Below are positions 44,471 to 59,497 of a DNA stretch of 64,000 bases, piece after piece. Below the pieces are notes generated by a model. It did not search any database. It saw nothing but the letters and a program-made list of their open reading frames with translations, and was not told where the DNA came from. The position numbers and the translations under genes are program-made. Position 1 is the stretch's first letter, and every line of letters begins with the position of its first letter. Origin of the DNA: the human T2T-CHM13v2.0 reference genome, Homo sapiens; NCBI RefSeq assembly GCF_009914755.1, contig NC_060936.1; one strand, written 5' to 3'.

Positions 44471-45980
44471 ATCCCATGCTGTGACCAGCTCTCTTGTCTT
44501 CTCACATTGTGTCCTCAGCGTGTACCTTTGTTCCTCCTGGTTGCACAGTGGCTGCTCTGTCACCATCCCTCTCAGGACGCAGCACCAACACCCACACTTG
44601 GATGCCTGACATTTCTCTGGAGGGTTAACTCAGTGTCGAGGAGTTGCCTTTTGAAGAGCTACTGGGGAGAAGTATGAAGCATTCTGGTTTTTCCTGAGGA
44701 TGGGGGCACTGGAAGGAGGTCTGCCTGGAGTGGGTGTCTCATCTTCAGAATCTGTTACTCTCCTTTTTTGCGGCTCTAATTTCACACCTGTCCTTACTGT
44801 ACATGCCAGCAGGTAGCCAGGAGCCCCTCTGGGCTCCAGTGGGCAGAGTAGCCCCTTGATCCTTGGCAGCACATGTAGAATGTTCTGGTCTGAGGTTTCC
44901 TCTGCTGTCCTGCCCATCAGCACACTTTTATCCGCTTATTCTCTTTCTTAAATTTGTTGAAGTATTTTATTTGCAGATATCCTCCCTCCATTTCTCTTGA
45001 TAATAGGTTTTTTCCTTTTTGTACTTTCATGCTTTTATTTCATTTGGGTTTCTGTGGAGATGGAGGGAATAAGTGTGCTCAGTCTGCTACTTAAAAGTAA
45101 ATTCCGTATCCTTCTTTTTGAAGGAAGAATGTCAATATTTCTCTTAGATTGAATAAGCAGCACATGTTCATTCTAGAAAACTTGAAAATACGTAGAAAAA
45201 TATGGCAGGAAGTTGAAAGGCATCCACACTCTCAATGTGTAGATCCTCACCTCCAGCTAACAGTCCATTTGAGTTTTGACATGGGCAACTTGACCATATG
45301 ATTCTAAAGTTAACTTGGAAGGTGGAAAGCAGGGAAGTCTAGCTAATAGGATTTTGATAAAGAACAATAATGCCTCTGTATGAATTTGCTAGGGCTGCCA
45401 TAACAAAGTACCACATATTGGGCCACTTAAACAGCAGAAATTTATTTTCTCACAATTCTGGAGGCTGGAAGTCCAAGACCAAGGTGCCAGCAGGTTTGTT
45501 TTCTTCTGAGGCCTCTCTTGGCTTGTAGATGGCCGCCTGCCTTCTATGCCACCACATGGTCTTCCCTGTGTGTGTCCGTTCTAATTTCCTCATCTTATGA
45601 GGACGCCAGTCCAATTTAACTGGGGGCTCTTGACCACATGTTGGCAAATAGAGCAAGGACAGCATGAAAAGGGCTGCAAGCAAGAGGAGTAACTAAATTC
45701 TGAAGATGGAACACCCACTCCAGGCAGACCTCCTTCCAATGCCCCCATCCTCAGTAAAAGGCAGAATGCTTGGTACTTCTCCCCAGTAGCTCTTCAAAAA
45801 GGCAACTGCTCTCTAAGGACAATTAACCTTCCAGAGAAATGTCAGGCATCCAAGTGTGGGTGTTGGTGGTGTGTCCTGAGAGGGATGGAGATAGAGCAGC
45901 CACTGTGTAGCCAGGAGGAGCAAAGTTACACGCTGAGAACGCAGTGCAAGAAGACAGAGGAGCTAGCTACAGCATGGGAT
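44471..45980. repeat. Long inverted repeat IR2: arms 44471-44827 and 45623-45980
   Basis: Hand alignment gives ~80-85% identity overall, with perfect runs of 39, 28 and 25 bp. Confidence 0.93.
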
Positions 45981-46126
45981 AAAAATATTTGCACCCCCCA
46001 ATGGCCTTATTTTAGCTATATTGCCTCTTGAAAGACCCTGTCCCAAAATACAGTCACATTCTGAGGTGCCAAGGGTTAGGACTTGAACGTATGAATTTGG
46101 GAGGAGGTACACTTCAGTCCATAACA
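45376..46126 (-). mobile_element. MLT1A-type LTR split by the IR2 right arm
   Basis: gctagggctgccataacaaagtaccaca...cttatgaggacgccagtc (to ~45621), resuming ~45991 ...cagtcacattctgagg...ttcagtccataaca. Confidence 0.8.
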
Positions 46127-49100
46127 CTCCTACATAATAAACTGTATTGTAAATCCACATTAATTTCAGCTACAATGTATTCATATGAGTGTAGTCACAC
46201 AGCAAAGAAGTTAAATAAGTAAATCACAAGTAGACTTGAGGATGTTTCAGGTCTTAACAACATAATCAGGAAGCATTAGAAATCATTGGCAGAGAGAGAA
46301 ATTATACAAACACAGTTTGGAGAAAGTGGCTAGCTATTTGGGAAAGCAATTTCTAAGATCAAGGCTGAGGCACATACCAGAAATGAATGAAAAGAGTAGG
46401 TGTAAGTGGGTGTTAGTGAATTAGAGAATAGCGAAAAATGTGTGCGCACCCTGACACAAAGCATTCGAATTCAATTAAAATAAACTCAAACTGCGAAGTC
46501 AAATAAAATCTTTCTATTGTCTGAATTCAGTGCGTGCTAATTTTCAACTTTATCAGATTCTCACTTCACATTATACACCAGCAGAGATTTCAGATAGATT
46601 CAAGAATTAAGTGTAAAAATGAAGAGACACACCCATCTATACATACCCATGCACAGAAAGCAAGCAGAAGTGTAGGTAGTGTCTATTTGATCCTGGGATA
46701 TGGAGGAGGACTTTCTCAGCATAACATGGTGGTGGAAATTATGACAAAAGGTTGGTATTCTCTGTTGTATTTCAAATTGTGTGCATTTGCCTTCAACTGT
46801 CTCTGTAAAATATTTCTAGCCTCAGAATGTAATCTCAAGTGCTCTGCCACCTGATTCTTTCTAAAAGCCTTGCCTGGTTTGGGAAGAAAGCACATTCAGG
46901 AGGAGAGTGTACAACGTTGGGTTTTCTAGAATCACATTCTGGATTTTCTTTTTCTGTTAAGCTAGACTATCCAAAAGCTGTCAGCAGTCTTGGCACACAC
47001 CGCTGGGCCCTCTGGAAAACTGCTTTTGCTTCGTTGTCCATAGTTGTTATAGGCCCATCTTACATGGAGCCCACCAGAGGAGGCATCCTCGTAAGCTCAC
47101 AATGTATTGTGGAAATGATGTCATGCCCTGCAGGGGCCAGTTGGGAGCACTCACCAGAGGAACTTCTCTTAGAGCCAGGAAAAGCTTTGCTTCTTGCTTT
47201 CATTTTATGGACAGTGTCCAAATAGTGACCTCATCTTGTGCTTTGAGAGCTGGGCAATTCAGAGCCACATATGCAGTTCCCTTTAGTCACTGATTACGCT
47301 CTTACAATGTAGATTTTGCTTGCTCGAGCTTTCCTCTGGCAGCAGAACATAATGGCTAATAGTGAGAACTCTGCCTGGAGCTAAACTGCCTGGGTCAAAT
47401 TCCACCTCTGCCACTTACTAGCTGTGTGATCTTAGGCAAGTCACATAACTGCTCTGTGCCTCAGTTTTCTCATTTATGAGTGGGGGTAAAAACTAAATCC
47501 TCATAGTCAAAAGATTATCAGAATTAAAAGTTAATACATATAAAATGCTTAGAATGGTGTTTGATCTATTACAAGGATTAAGTAACTGATGACTTAATGA
47601 TGATAACGATTTTAATACCTGCAAAATGCTTAGTATATATAAATGATGATGATAATGATAATTCTATTCTTGTTTTCCCTTTGCCCTTATTTTTAAATAT
47701 TTCATCTTTTTTGTTGTTTTAATTTATAAAGTTGCCTCTAACGTTTTATGGACTTGCTGGCACATGATCCAAGACTTGCCCTCAAGGGTGGCTCTCCTTA
47801 CCCTGACTATTCATTTTTATGAGTATACACAAAGCACCTACTGTTTACTCAGTAGTGTCCATGAACTTTTTTCTACTGCTGTTCATTTGAATCATCTAGC
47901 AAACACAGAAAAATACTGGGCCTCACTTGAGACCATCTGAAGGAACTCTGAGGGGGCAGGTCCTAAGCATAATATATACATTCACCATGCAGTCAGGGTT
48001 GAGAATCCTTGTCTTAGAGAATACAGAGGTAGTTGATGAGGTAGCGTGTTGTGTAAAAGGAGCTTACTTTTGTGGGGAGATAAATTAGGGGTCCACTTCC
48101 CCTGAATCCCATGATCCCATATTTTCAGCTATCTCTCTACCAGTCTTCCCTTTACCTTCACTCAAATGTGTCCAAACTAAATTCCTTCTGTTCCTCCCTC
48201 AGACCTGATGTTATGCCTATATTCTCTATTTTGTTGGTAGTTCTGCAAACTATAATACCTAGGTGTTTTTCATGATACTTAAAGCCATTCTGTGGACTCT
48301 GATAGAGACAAGCCACTCTGGATTCTGACTTTTTATCTAAGATTCCCACCTTTTAGGTTTTTACCTTATACACCGCTCTAGGATCTTCATGTATCCTTCT
48401 GGACCAAGAAGGAATTATGGATCATCCTGAAGTTCTGGGAATAAGAATTCTCCCATCAACTTCTTTAATGTGAGGCTGTACGGGGATGGTTAGCAGTGCA
48501 ATTCATAGAGCCAGTTTTCCAGGATTCCTGTCCTGCCACCATCATTTACTAACTGTGTAATTTAACTCCCCTCACCCCGTGCCTCAGTTTCCTCCTCTGT
48601 TAAGTGGGATGTGTCAGTTATTACATTATAGGCTCTAAGTTTTAAACTTGCTCTTCTATTCTCTGGTGTGTGATGCTAGGGGTGGGTCTCTGCAAAACCA
48701 CTCTTAGTCAGGTGTTCCTTCTTAGGTCCTGCCTATAAGGGAAGATAGAGGCAACTGCAAGGCTGGAGCTGGGAGCAGGAACTATCTGCTTCTTCCATTT
48801 TGTTCTGTGTCTGATTCCTTTCCACTTCCTCTCTCTCCCTGTCTGCTTCCCATTTGCTCCTGCTGACTTCCTATTTGCCCTTCATCTGCTTTCTGTCTGC
48901 CTCATATCTGCTTCCTGTTCCTGTGAGCCCCAGCTTGGCCAAGCAGGGCTGCCCAGCTTGAGGGGTGAGAAGAATCTTGGGACAAAAGGCAAGTGTCACT
49001 CCTGCCTGATGACCGGCTGCCACTGGTGGCCTTTTGCTTGCCTGTCTGTAGTGTCTCTTCTTCTTTCTCAGGCCATGATGTGTTTTATGTAGTTGAGAAA

Positions 49101-50417
49101 AGTGGAGACTCACCTGACTTCTTGCATCTTGCTTTTATACTGGTGGCCTTGGAATTCAGTAGTCAAGTATTTGCTACCTTTCTTTTTTGATTCTATAATG
49201 AATGAATCGTGTTTCAAATGCTGAGGTGTGGAAGGGTCTGTTCTCCAGGGTACAATAAAGGGATACAGCTGGAGGTAGGAGCAAACTGGGAATTTACAGC
49301 ATCACCCCACCACAGCTGTTATTAATGAATGACCACCTTAATCCAAGAGCATTTGGCCCAAATTGTTGCATAGGATCTTCCTCCTGAGGCTCCAGGATAT
49401 GTAAGGTGGTTTATAGGTAGTAATGTTTTTCCATCTTTATTAGTGTCTTAAAGGTAGGGATCACTGGCTGTTTTGCTAGCAGCTGGGTTGAGATGCTCTG
49501 GGTCAGCTGTACCTATTTTCCTGCTCTACCTGAGAATCCAGGCTGGTAACAGGTACCTGGGATGGGAGATACAGTCACCTGTGACCATGGAGCAATGAAA
49601 ACCTCATTGGGTGTACAGGGATTGTGTCCATGAACCTGGCCTTGTGAGCATTAAGCTTCGGCTCCTTCAGATGACCTCCAAATGGTTAACTCCTTGGCCT
49701 CATTGTAGAACTGCCAGGCCAGGTAGGCCCTCAGGTAATATGAGAAAGTGGAAAGCCTTTGGAATTGGATAGAGCTGGTATGAATTCTAACGTTGACCAT
49801 GTTCAAATTGCTTAATTTCTCTGTGCCTCAGTTTCATAATTTTTTGAAAACGGTCTAACAGAACTTATTTTACAACTGCTGTGATAATCAACTGGCATGA
49901 CTGGTAAATATGCCTAGGTGTGTTGGCCTGTAAATGGTGTGCATCTCCCTTTAAGCGATATTTTCTCCTTCTACTTGAGAATTGCAGCTCTTTGGTTGGC
50001 AAACATAGCTGCCAGCTTAGTGACCACAGTGGTGTGATATTTTAGGACCAAATGAATGGAGTGATAGTGTGATGGGCAAATGCTGTGTTAATAAAAACAG
50101 TATCTATTAACAACCCTGGGAAGAAGCCAGAGAGAAACTCAGAAGGAACACAGAGAGATTTATTCTCTCAAGCGTTAAACCAAGGCAGTCTTAATTGATG
50201 GACATTCATTCAGCAAATATCTATTTAATTTCTCCTGCTAGGTACTGGAGATTGTGCCGTAAACTGGACATCAAAGCCCCTTCTCTCATGGTATCTGAAT
50301 TTTAGTAGACAGAATGGATAGTAAACAAGGGAACAAGGAAAAACACAAAGGCTAATTTCAGATGGTGATAGTGGCTTTGAGGGAATATAGCAGGATGGAG
50401 TGATGAGTGACTGGATA

Positions 50418-50910
50418 TAGTAGTCATGCTTTAGTCAGGAAAACAAATCACTCTAGTTATTTCTACAGAGGGAATTTAATAAAGGGAATTAGTTACTCTG
50501 GTGCTGGAAAATCTGAGAAACCAAATTGGGGATGATAAAGTACCATCTGGGGATGGTAAAGTGATTTAGAAATTAAGAACAGCAGGAGCTGGAAGCTGTT
50601 GTCACCTTTTGGGCTAGAGGGAAAAGGGGAAGAGGTTAGGTTATCAGAACCCAGAAGCTGCTGGGTTAAGCATTAGAACCTGCTACAGGAAACTGGGACC
50701 ATGGTGGGGGTTTTATATGGGGTTAGAACCACAGAGGAGATGCAGTTTCTGCCAGTGAATGCTGCAGGGAAGAGACACAGGGTGAAATACCCTGGGTTCT
50801 CCCCTCTTCCTACCCGCCAGTCTTCTACCAGAGCTTCCAATTGGCTGAACACACGTGGAAGGAGAGAGCAAGGGAGCAGGGAACTACATTGGCATGAGTG
50901 GAATGGCTGA
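50418..50910. mobile_element. Old ERVL-class LTR fragment (subfamily uncertain)
   Basis: tagtcaggaaaacaaatcactctagttattt...ccaattggctgaac; a related element lies near 57690-58210. Confidence 0.45.
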
Positions 50911-53900
50911 AGTTGCTGGTCAGCTCAGAGAAGGTGTCTCTGAGCTAAGAAATCCAGACCAGAAGGAGTCTTCTCTGCTCACATGTGGGTGATGAGCTTC
51001 CCCAGCAAGTGCAAGTAAGGGCAAGGAGAACTATGTGAAAACAGCACCAAAGTGGAGCTGTGGAAATAGATGGGAGAACTCTGGGTGGAAGACAGCATGG
51101 AAGATTTTCTAGTCCATTCCGCCGCCGCCAGAGATGACATTTACTGCACCAACCTGAACTAATATTAATGCTGACAAAGGCCTCCTTTTGGCTCCTGGCC
51201 TTCACGACCATGAAATCAGTAAGGGTTGTGATTATTCCCGCGGTACCCAGGTGGTAGTGAATTGTATCAGTTGTTAGGGCCACATTTTGACAGACCAGTA
51301 AGGAGTTTCTCTTCCTGGTGTTTTTCAAAGACCTGGTGACCTGGTCACCTGGCCACCTGGCCCACTGGAAAGAGAACTTTCCACACCTGGCTCTCGATGC
51401 CTGAGTTGTTTTGTGTGAATTAGAGGAGACTCAGCCTCAGAAATGTTGTGGGCCTGTACCCTAAGTGGGTCACCAGTAGCCACAAGACTGGCAAGTTAGC
51501 TCCCAGACATGACTGGAGCTAACAGTGAAAGGGACTGATTTCTGAGTGTGTCCCATGTTGTAGCAGGTTCACATTGTACCATCTTGGGGTTCAGGGATTC
51601 ATGTCCCACCAGTGCTGACTAAGGTCCATGTCCAGGAATGTTTTTTGTGTGCTAAGCACAGCAGTGACATCCACTCACTCAGTTTGGGTCACAGGTTCCC
51701 TGCCTGGATTCCCGGCACCCTGTGAGTTGCTTCATTCTAGGAGTAATATTATTAATCTCCTCCCCTCTCTTCCTGCCGAGGCTGTCTTTAGGGCTTCCTT
51801 GGAGCCATCTGCCATTGGTATTTTGAGTCGGAGCATCCTTTAGCCACAGAGCATCTGTCTGGTGCACCTTGTGTTCTCTCTGAACCTGAACTTGACTCTC
51901 TTCTTGGCTCATAAGGAGGGCAGTGATGAGAAGTTCTTTTCAGCTGGGCCTCATTGCTCCTTCCTCATTTCCTGCTCTCAGGGCCCACCTCGTTCTGTCC
52001 AGTGGTAAATACCTCTCTAGGAAATCGGCAGACTGAATAGGGCCTCATTTCACGTTCAGAACGCGGGCCACACGGTCTACCTGCCAATGGGAAAAAGAAT
52101 GGTGTTACTATGTGACATTTTGGGATTAAAGGGAAGAGTGTTAGCTTTTCAGTGTATTTCTCAGGACACAGTCCCGTGGCTTCATAAAATGCTCCTAAAT
52201 TCAGATATTATATTTTGTTGCAATCTGGTTTGAGGACAGAATAAGGCTCTGGTAGCTGACGTTTATGGCTTTCCATATACACTTTCAGACAAAATTTGTA
52301 TTGCATTTTGCTTGAGTTATGGTGGGACAGGAGTGTAAACCTTACACTGCTATTTCAGATAAAATGGAGGCTTTGGCTACAATGAAGAAGAGAAGGTGCA
52401 GCTTTACATTTCTTGTAAATCAATTTTTGAGAGGTATAAAATACCTTCTTAAAAGATAAAGAAAACAATAAACCAATCTACAGTGAAAACAGAGCATATT
52501 AAAGTTTGCATTTATTTTAATTTCCTTTTCCTTATTTGTAAATAAATCAGAATTTAAGCCTTATGTTGGACTTCCCCTAAATTTTACGAGAAGTAAAATT
52601 CAAGCCACTCACTTCCAAGTCTGGTGTGCCTGCTTAGCCCAGCTGAAAGATATTGTGATGCTGCATAAGGCAGATGTTTCCTGCTGACGGTGTTCCTGTT
52701 GCCAAGTAATTCATGAGCAAATTCACCTGAATTTCACTTCCTGGTTTGGAGAGGGGAAGTAAACCAATGACAAAAAGCACTAATTTAAATTTCATCTGGA
52801 GAGGTGCTTCTGCATTGCTCGACATTGTCAAAATACAGATTGCCCCTTGGTGGCGGCAGCAGCTAAAACTTTAGATGAGGCTAATTCTTCAAAATCATTT
52901 CTCCCTCCTCTATCTTTTGATCCAAATCCTGCCAAGCCTGTATGGACATCATTCTGGAGGAAACCCAGGTCTATACTATGGAAGGGACTATATCGTGTGT
53001 TTAAATAGATTTGAGATAATTTAAAGGAAGTTATGAGGTCGTTTTCAATTAACATATTGTGTTTTCTCTTGACACTACAGATTTGTTGAAGTCATGGTTT
53101 TGATGGCAGTTTAATGTCACACACATAGTGTGGCTTAAATCACTTATTTGATCATTTCCCTAATGACAGGTTTTTGGGCTGCTTCCAGTGTGTTGCTGTT
53201 ATAAATCATGCTTGCGATAAACATACTTGCACATTAATCTCCTTCCTGATCTCTTGATTATTTCCTTAGAACAAATTCCTAGGTGAATTCCTGGGATGGG
53301 CATTTTTAAGTATCTTAATGCCCAATTTCTGAATTGCTTTCTGAATGTTAGCCGTGTCCTCCAGAGCTTCCGATTGGCTGAACATAGTCTCTAGTTCCTT
53401 GGGGGCAGAATTCATGACTGCATTGTCCCTGTAATATTTTTACATGCCACAATGCTGGAAAGATAATAAGTGAATAATAAGTATATTTAGGTAAGTAATT
53501 GGAGGAATGAATAAGTAATTACCCTGCTGGAGTAATGAATCTAACAAGGGACTGGCCATGTTGATGACATTTGAGGAGAATTTGCTTTCTGAATGCCTTC
53601 TTAGAAAAAGGATGCATCAGCCCGTACGTGGGCTGTATCTTTTTCACAATCTAGTTACGATTTTCTCACCCTCTAGAAAAGGAAAGCTCACCAAGCACAG
53701 CCCCAAACAGGCCAAAAAGTGTTTAAATCAATAGAAGCTATATTTTGCAGAATTTTTAATGGCTGCAGAAAAATACGCCACCAGGAGCCAGAGGGAATGG
53801 AGTGGGATTTCTCTGCTGTTTCCTCCTCTGGGATGCTGCATTTTAAGCGCCACGGTCAGGTGCCATTTCTTCTTGCACTGGTTGGAAAACAGGACTCCAG

Positions 53901-54521
53901 TGGTGGAGGTTCATTTTAGGGCAAAAGAAAAAAAAGTCTCTGTCTGCCCTTGGCCTGCTTTGCTGACCCTGGTTCCTGGTGGGCTGTCTTCACTTTGAAA
54001 AAGCTTGTTGGGTCTTTGCTGTCTGTGTTTTCCCATTTGAAAGAAACATGCTAAGAAACACACATACATGTATGTACTCATGTGTACATGTTTATGTATA
54101 TGTGCTGTGTGTTTTAATTAACAAAATAATACATGGTTGTAACAAATTAAAAGAAAGCAGAAACATAAATGGTGAAAAACAAAAACTTTCGCCTTTGGGT
54201 TCTATAGACACACAAACATAAATATATACATTTACATATACATATGTAGAATTTTAAAACTTTACCAAATAGGATCAAATATGACACATTTGATTTTTGT
54301 TTTTTTTACACTTTATTTGTTTTTTTATCCTTAATGTCATATTGTGGCCATCTTTTCAAGTATGTTTATGTAGCTCTACCGCATTTTAAGAAATAGTTTC
54401 ATATTATTCCACTGTAAATGTTTAGTTTCCTGTTGATCAACCTATTGAATATGGATTAAAATAATAATTGTGGGTGAATATTGACAGCACATTTCTGTGT
54501 GCCAGCATTGTTCTATGTGCT

Positions 54522-54875
<354 letters not shown>

Positions 54876-55405
54876 TAAGGTAGAATTCATGTTTGTCCTA
54901 CTTTATGTGAGGACATTTGTGGCACAGAGAGGCTAAGTAACTTGGTGAAGGTTGCTCAGTTAGGAAGTGGCAAAGCCAGGATTCAAATCCAGCCATCCGG
55001 CTCAGCACATATGTTCTTAAGTTTGTTTGTTTGCAATTCTAAATGATGGTGTGGTGAACATCCTTGTAGATAGATAAGCCTGTGTGCATTCTCATTGGTA
55101 TTTCGGAAGGAGAGAGTTCTAGAAGTAGGAAAGCTGAGCGGTAGCTTCACTCTCTTTTCAATAACAATAGTAGAGATGTCATCATGTCCACGTAGATTGT
55201 ACTTATAGAAGTGATAGAGAGCAGCATAAATATCAAAGTAATAAGGCACTAACGTGTCACATACAATGGTGCAATGCCTGATTGGTAGACTTGGTAGGTA
55301 CGCAACCTTTTATCTGTGGGGTAGATGAACAACGATGACCATGATCTTTTGAGTTTATGATTTCGCACAAGCAGCAGAAGCAATGTTTTCCCTTTAGAAA
55401 GATAA

Positions 55406-56542
<1,137 letters not shown>

Positions 56543-56637
56543 TAAGAGGCTTTGCCAGGTGGGATGGAACAGAAGCCAACTCTTAGTAATCAATGAATTG
56601 TCAATGAATAAAATGGGTGTTGATCATTTGCTGACTA

Positions 56638-57210
56638 TTGTCAAAAATGAATACAGCTGGTCATTAAAGTGGTGAAAACAGATTTTATTCAGTAACTACG
56701 GACAGTAGGTAAAAGAGCTGAGCTTCATTACAATTTATGATCTGTGTGTTTTAAAGGGAGAATGAGGGATGGGGAAGAGTGGAGTCTCCATAGAGCCAGA
56801 GAAGCGACATAGTACAAAGGGTTGGGCAGTGTGAGTGCAAGGAGGCCAGCTGCGTCTGCTGGCTGGCAGTTATCAAAGTTAGGATTTTATCTTCCCACAG
56901 AGGCTGTGAGACAGAGGCATTGTCTTTGCTGATGATTCTGTTTCAGAAGAATGGCTCTCAGGTGCTTGGGAGGATGCGTCTTAGTTGCAAGAGACAGATG
57001 TTTACAATTGTAAGCCCTTTCTCATAAATGCTGTAGGAAAGGGAGGTCAGGGGCGTATCATCAGGTGTGCATTGGCTGGAACAAACAGGAAATTTCCCTG
57101 GCCATGCTGAGCTTTCTTAAGCAGGTACTATAAGAGGTGCAAAAGTGATCCTAGGGAGCTAGCCTTATGCTGCTAGAAGCCATATTAGAGTTTGGTGAAG
57201 TTTTTTAGTG
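56638..57210. mobile_element. ERV1-class LTR-like element ~100 bp downstream of exon 2 (subfamily uncertain)
   Basis: tgtcaaaaa...cagattttattcag...aagagctgagct pattern of MER21/34-group LTRs. Confidence 0.45.
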
Positions 57211-57317
57211 CGGGGGTTTGGATGGAGTTGTCATGTGCTGAGAGTTCTGCAGTTCTCAGTATCCAGTGTAGTGAGAGATTCAAAACATTAAATAGAGACC
57301 CACACAAGACAATAGAC

Positions 57318-57518
57318 CAGGGGTCAGAAAGCTTCTGGAAAGGGCCACATGGTGAAAAGACATCATGGGCCATGTAGTCTCTCTGGTGATGTCTCAACTC
57401 TGCTGTTGCAGCATGCAAGCAGCCATAAGTGAATGGGCTTGGCTGGGTTCCAATAAAACTTTAGTTACAAAAACAGAAGGTTGAATTTAGCCCAGGGGTC
57501 ATGGTTTGCCAACCCCTG
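57318..57518 (+). mobile_element. MER58A hAT-Charlie element
   Basis: caggggtcagaaa...ttccaataaaacttta...tttgccaacccctg; TSD caatagac/caatatat. Confidence 0.85.
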
Positions 57519-59324
57519 CAATATATGATCATGTTGAAGCTTGAGTAGTAGAGACCCTAAAGTCTACAGGAATTCACAGAAGAGAGTTATGTGTGTTGCA
57601 GTGGGCAGAAAATTTTTCATTTTGAGCTAGATCTTTAAGGATGAGTGGAATACGGGGGCAGACAAAGAAACAGTTCAAAACTGGGGGAAACAAAGTCCAG
57701 CCAAGAGACTGAGACAACATAAGTATATTAAAAGCAAGAATTTAATATAAAGAACCATAAACTATATATAAAGAAATGTTAACTAGGTAATTGAAAAGTC
57801 AAGAAGGCAATACTGAGGTACTAGGGAAGAGGCAGCTGCAGAAAGCGGCTATCATCCCTCCAGCTGGGAGAATAAGGGAAGAAGTTAAAAGTTTCAAAAA
57901 CTTGGAGCTTGGAGCAGGGACCCTGTAGAGCAGCAACTAAAACCCCTGAGAAGAGGGCACAGCCTGTGCTGGTGTCACCAGGGCTAGGAGTCGTAAAACT
58001 GGTTTTTCAATGGTTGGAAATATTGCAAACTGGATTCATCTGCTATTATGGAAGTGAATTGCAGCTGCTGTCATGAAGCAGCAAGGCTGGGTGCCACTCA
58101 TCAGAACAAGAAGCAAATAGGAAGCCAATGGAAAGAGGAGAAAATTCTTTCTCCCACCTTCCACCTGCCAGTCTCCCTCTAGCACCCCCTATTGACAGAA
58201 CCAAACAAGGATCCTGCTGCCATCTATATTTTCTGAAGGCTCCCCCAAGTAAATCTGTTGTGAAACCAGGATTAAATACAACTGTTCTAGAACTCTGCGT
58301 TCTAGACTGTGAGGTTCAAGTGCTTCTTCTTCAGGAAGGCCTTTAAGGCTCTCACATGATAGTCTGGCCTTATCCCTGCCCTGTTTGATGTGTCAGGCAG
58401 AATCCTACAATGCTGCATATCAGTGGAAACCTTGTAAATGAATTCCAACTTCTAAATATACGAAAGAGCTTTCTAAGACAATTTCTTTCTCTGCAGTAAA
58501 TAATTCTTTGTTAAAATGAGTCAGCAGCCTCTATCTGTATGATCAAGATTTGGTTTTAGGATCGCTAAAAGTAGGGGACTTCTATGTGCTGGGGGGACAA
58601 GGCTGTCTTTTCCTAATTTTGCTCACAAAAATGGATATCAGTAGGAGACAGTGGTGGCTTTGCCATATACCAGCTGTGTGCCCTTCGGCAAGTCACTTAT
58701 CGTCTCTGGACCTTAGTTTCCCCATTGGTATGATAAGGATAGTGATGAAATCTATCTCCTGGGGTGGTGGTAAAGATTAAATAATTTAATAAAGTTCTTA
58801 GAACAATGCCTGGCAAATTGTGAGTCCTCAGTGAATGTTAGCCTATTGTTGTTTCCCTGGCATTCAGGAACTGGGCATATAAATTCCAACATAAGTGAAC
58901 CTTGCTTTACAGATGCAAAGAAGGAGAAATGGAGAATTCATTGTGAGTCTAGTGTGCTCCTTCCAATCCTGACTGAGGCTGATCATGCCTTTTTGGAGTT
59001 GTGCTTATTCAGATGCCCACCAACAGGATTCCGAGGCTCTGGCAGATCCCAAGTAGGTTTTGTAGCCTGGAAGAAGCCAAGATTCTATTTGGAGCCTCTT
59101 GATTTAGCCTTTGGCTGTTACTGATTCAAAACTTGGTGTGGACTGAGCCCTGTGCTAGTCACTCCACTGGAAGGGGTGGGGTGGTCTAAAACCAGTTCTT
59201 GGCTCTGATAGAAACTAGAGAAGCCTGAAATCCAACCCCACAGAGATTCTTTTAGTATAAGGCAGTGTCATATGCTTGCTGTAGACCAAGAATGGCCAAG
59301 GGATGGCTTCACTGCCTCTGCCTC

Positions 59325-59497
59325 TCAGCACTCCCTCTACCATGGCAGACATTACCAATCAACTGCAGCACTTCAGCACTCCCTCTGCCATGGCAGACAT
59401 TACCAATCAACTGCAGCACTTCAGCACTCCCTCTGCCATGGCAGACATTACCAATCAACTGCAGCACTTCAGCACTCCCTCTGCCATGGAGGACATT
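59325..59497. repeat. 48-bp VNTR, ~3.6 copies, inside a MER102-like element (~59287-59574)
   Basis: Unit tcagcactccctctgccatggcagacattaccaatcaactgcagcact starts at 59325, 59373, 59421 and 59469. Confidence 0.93.
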
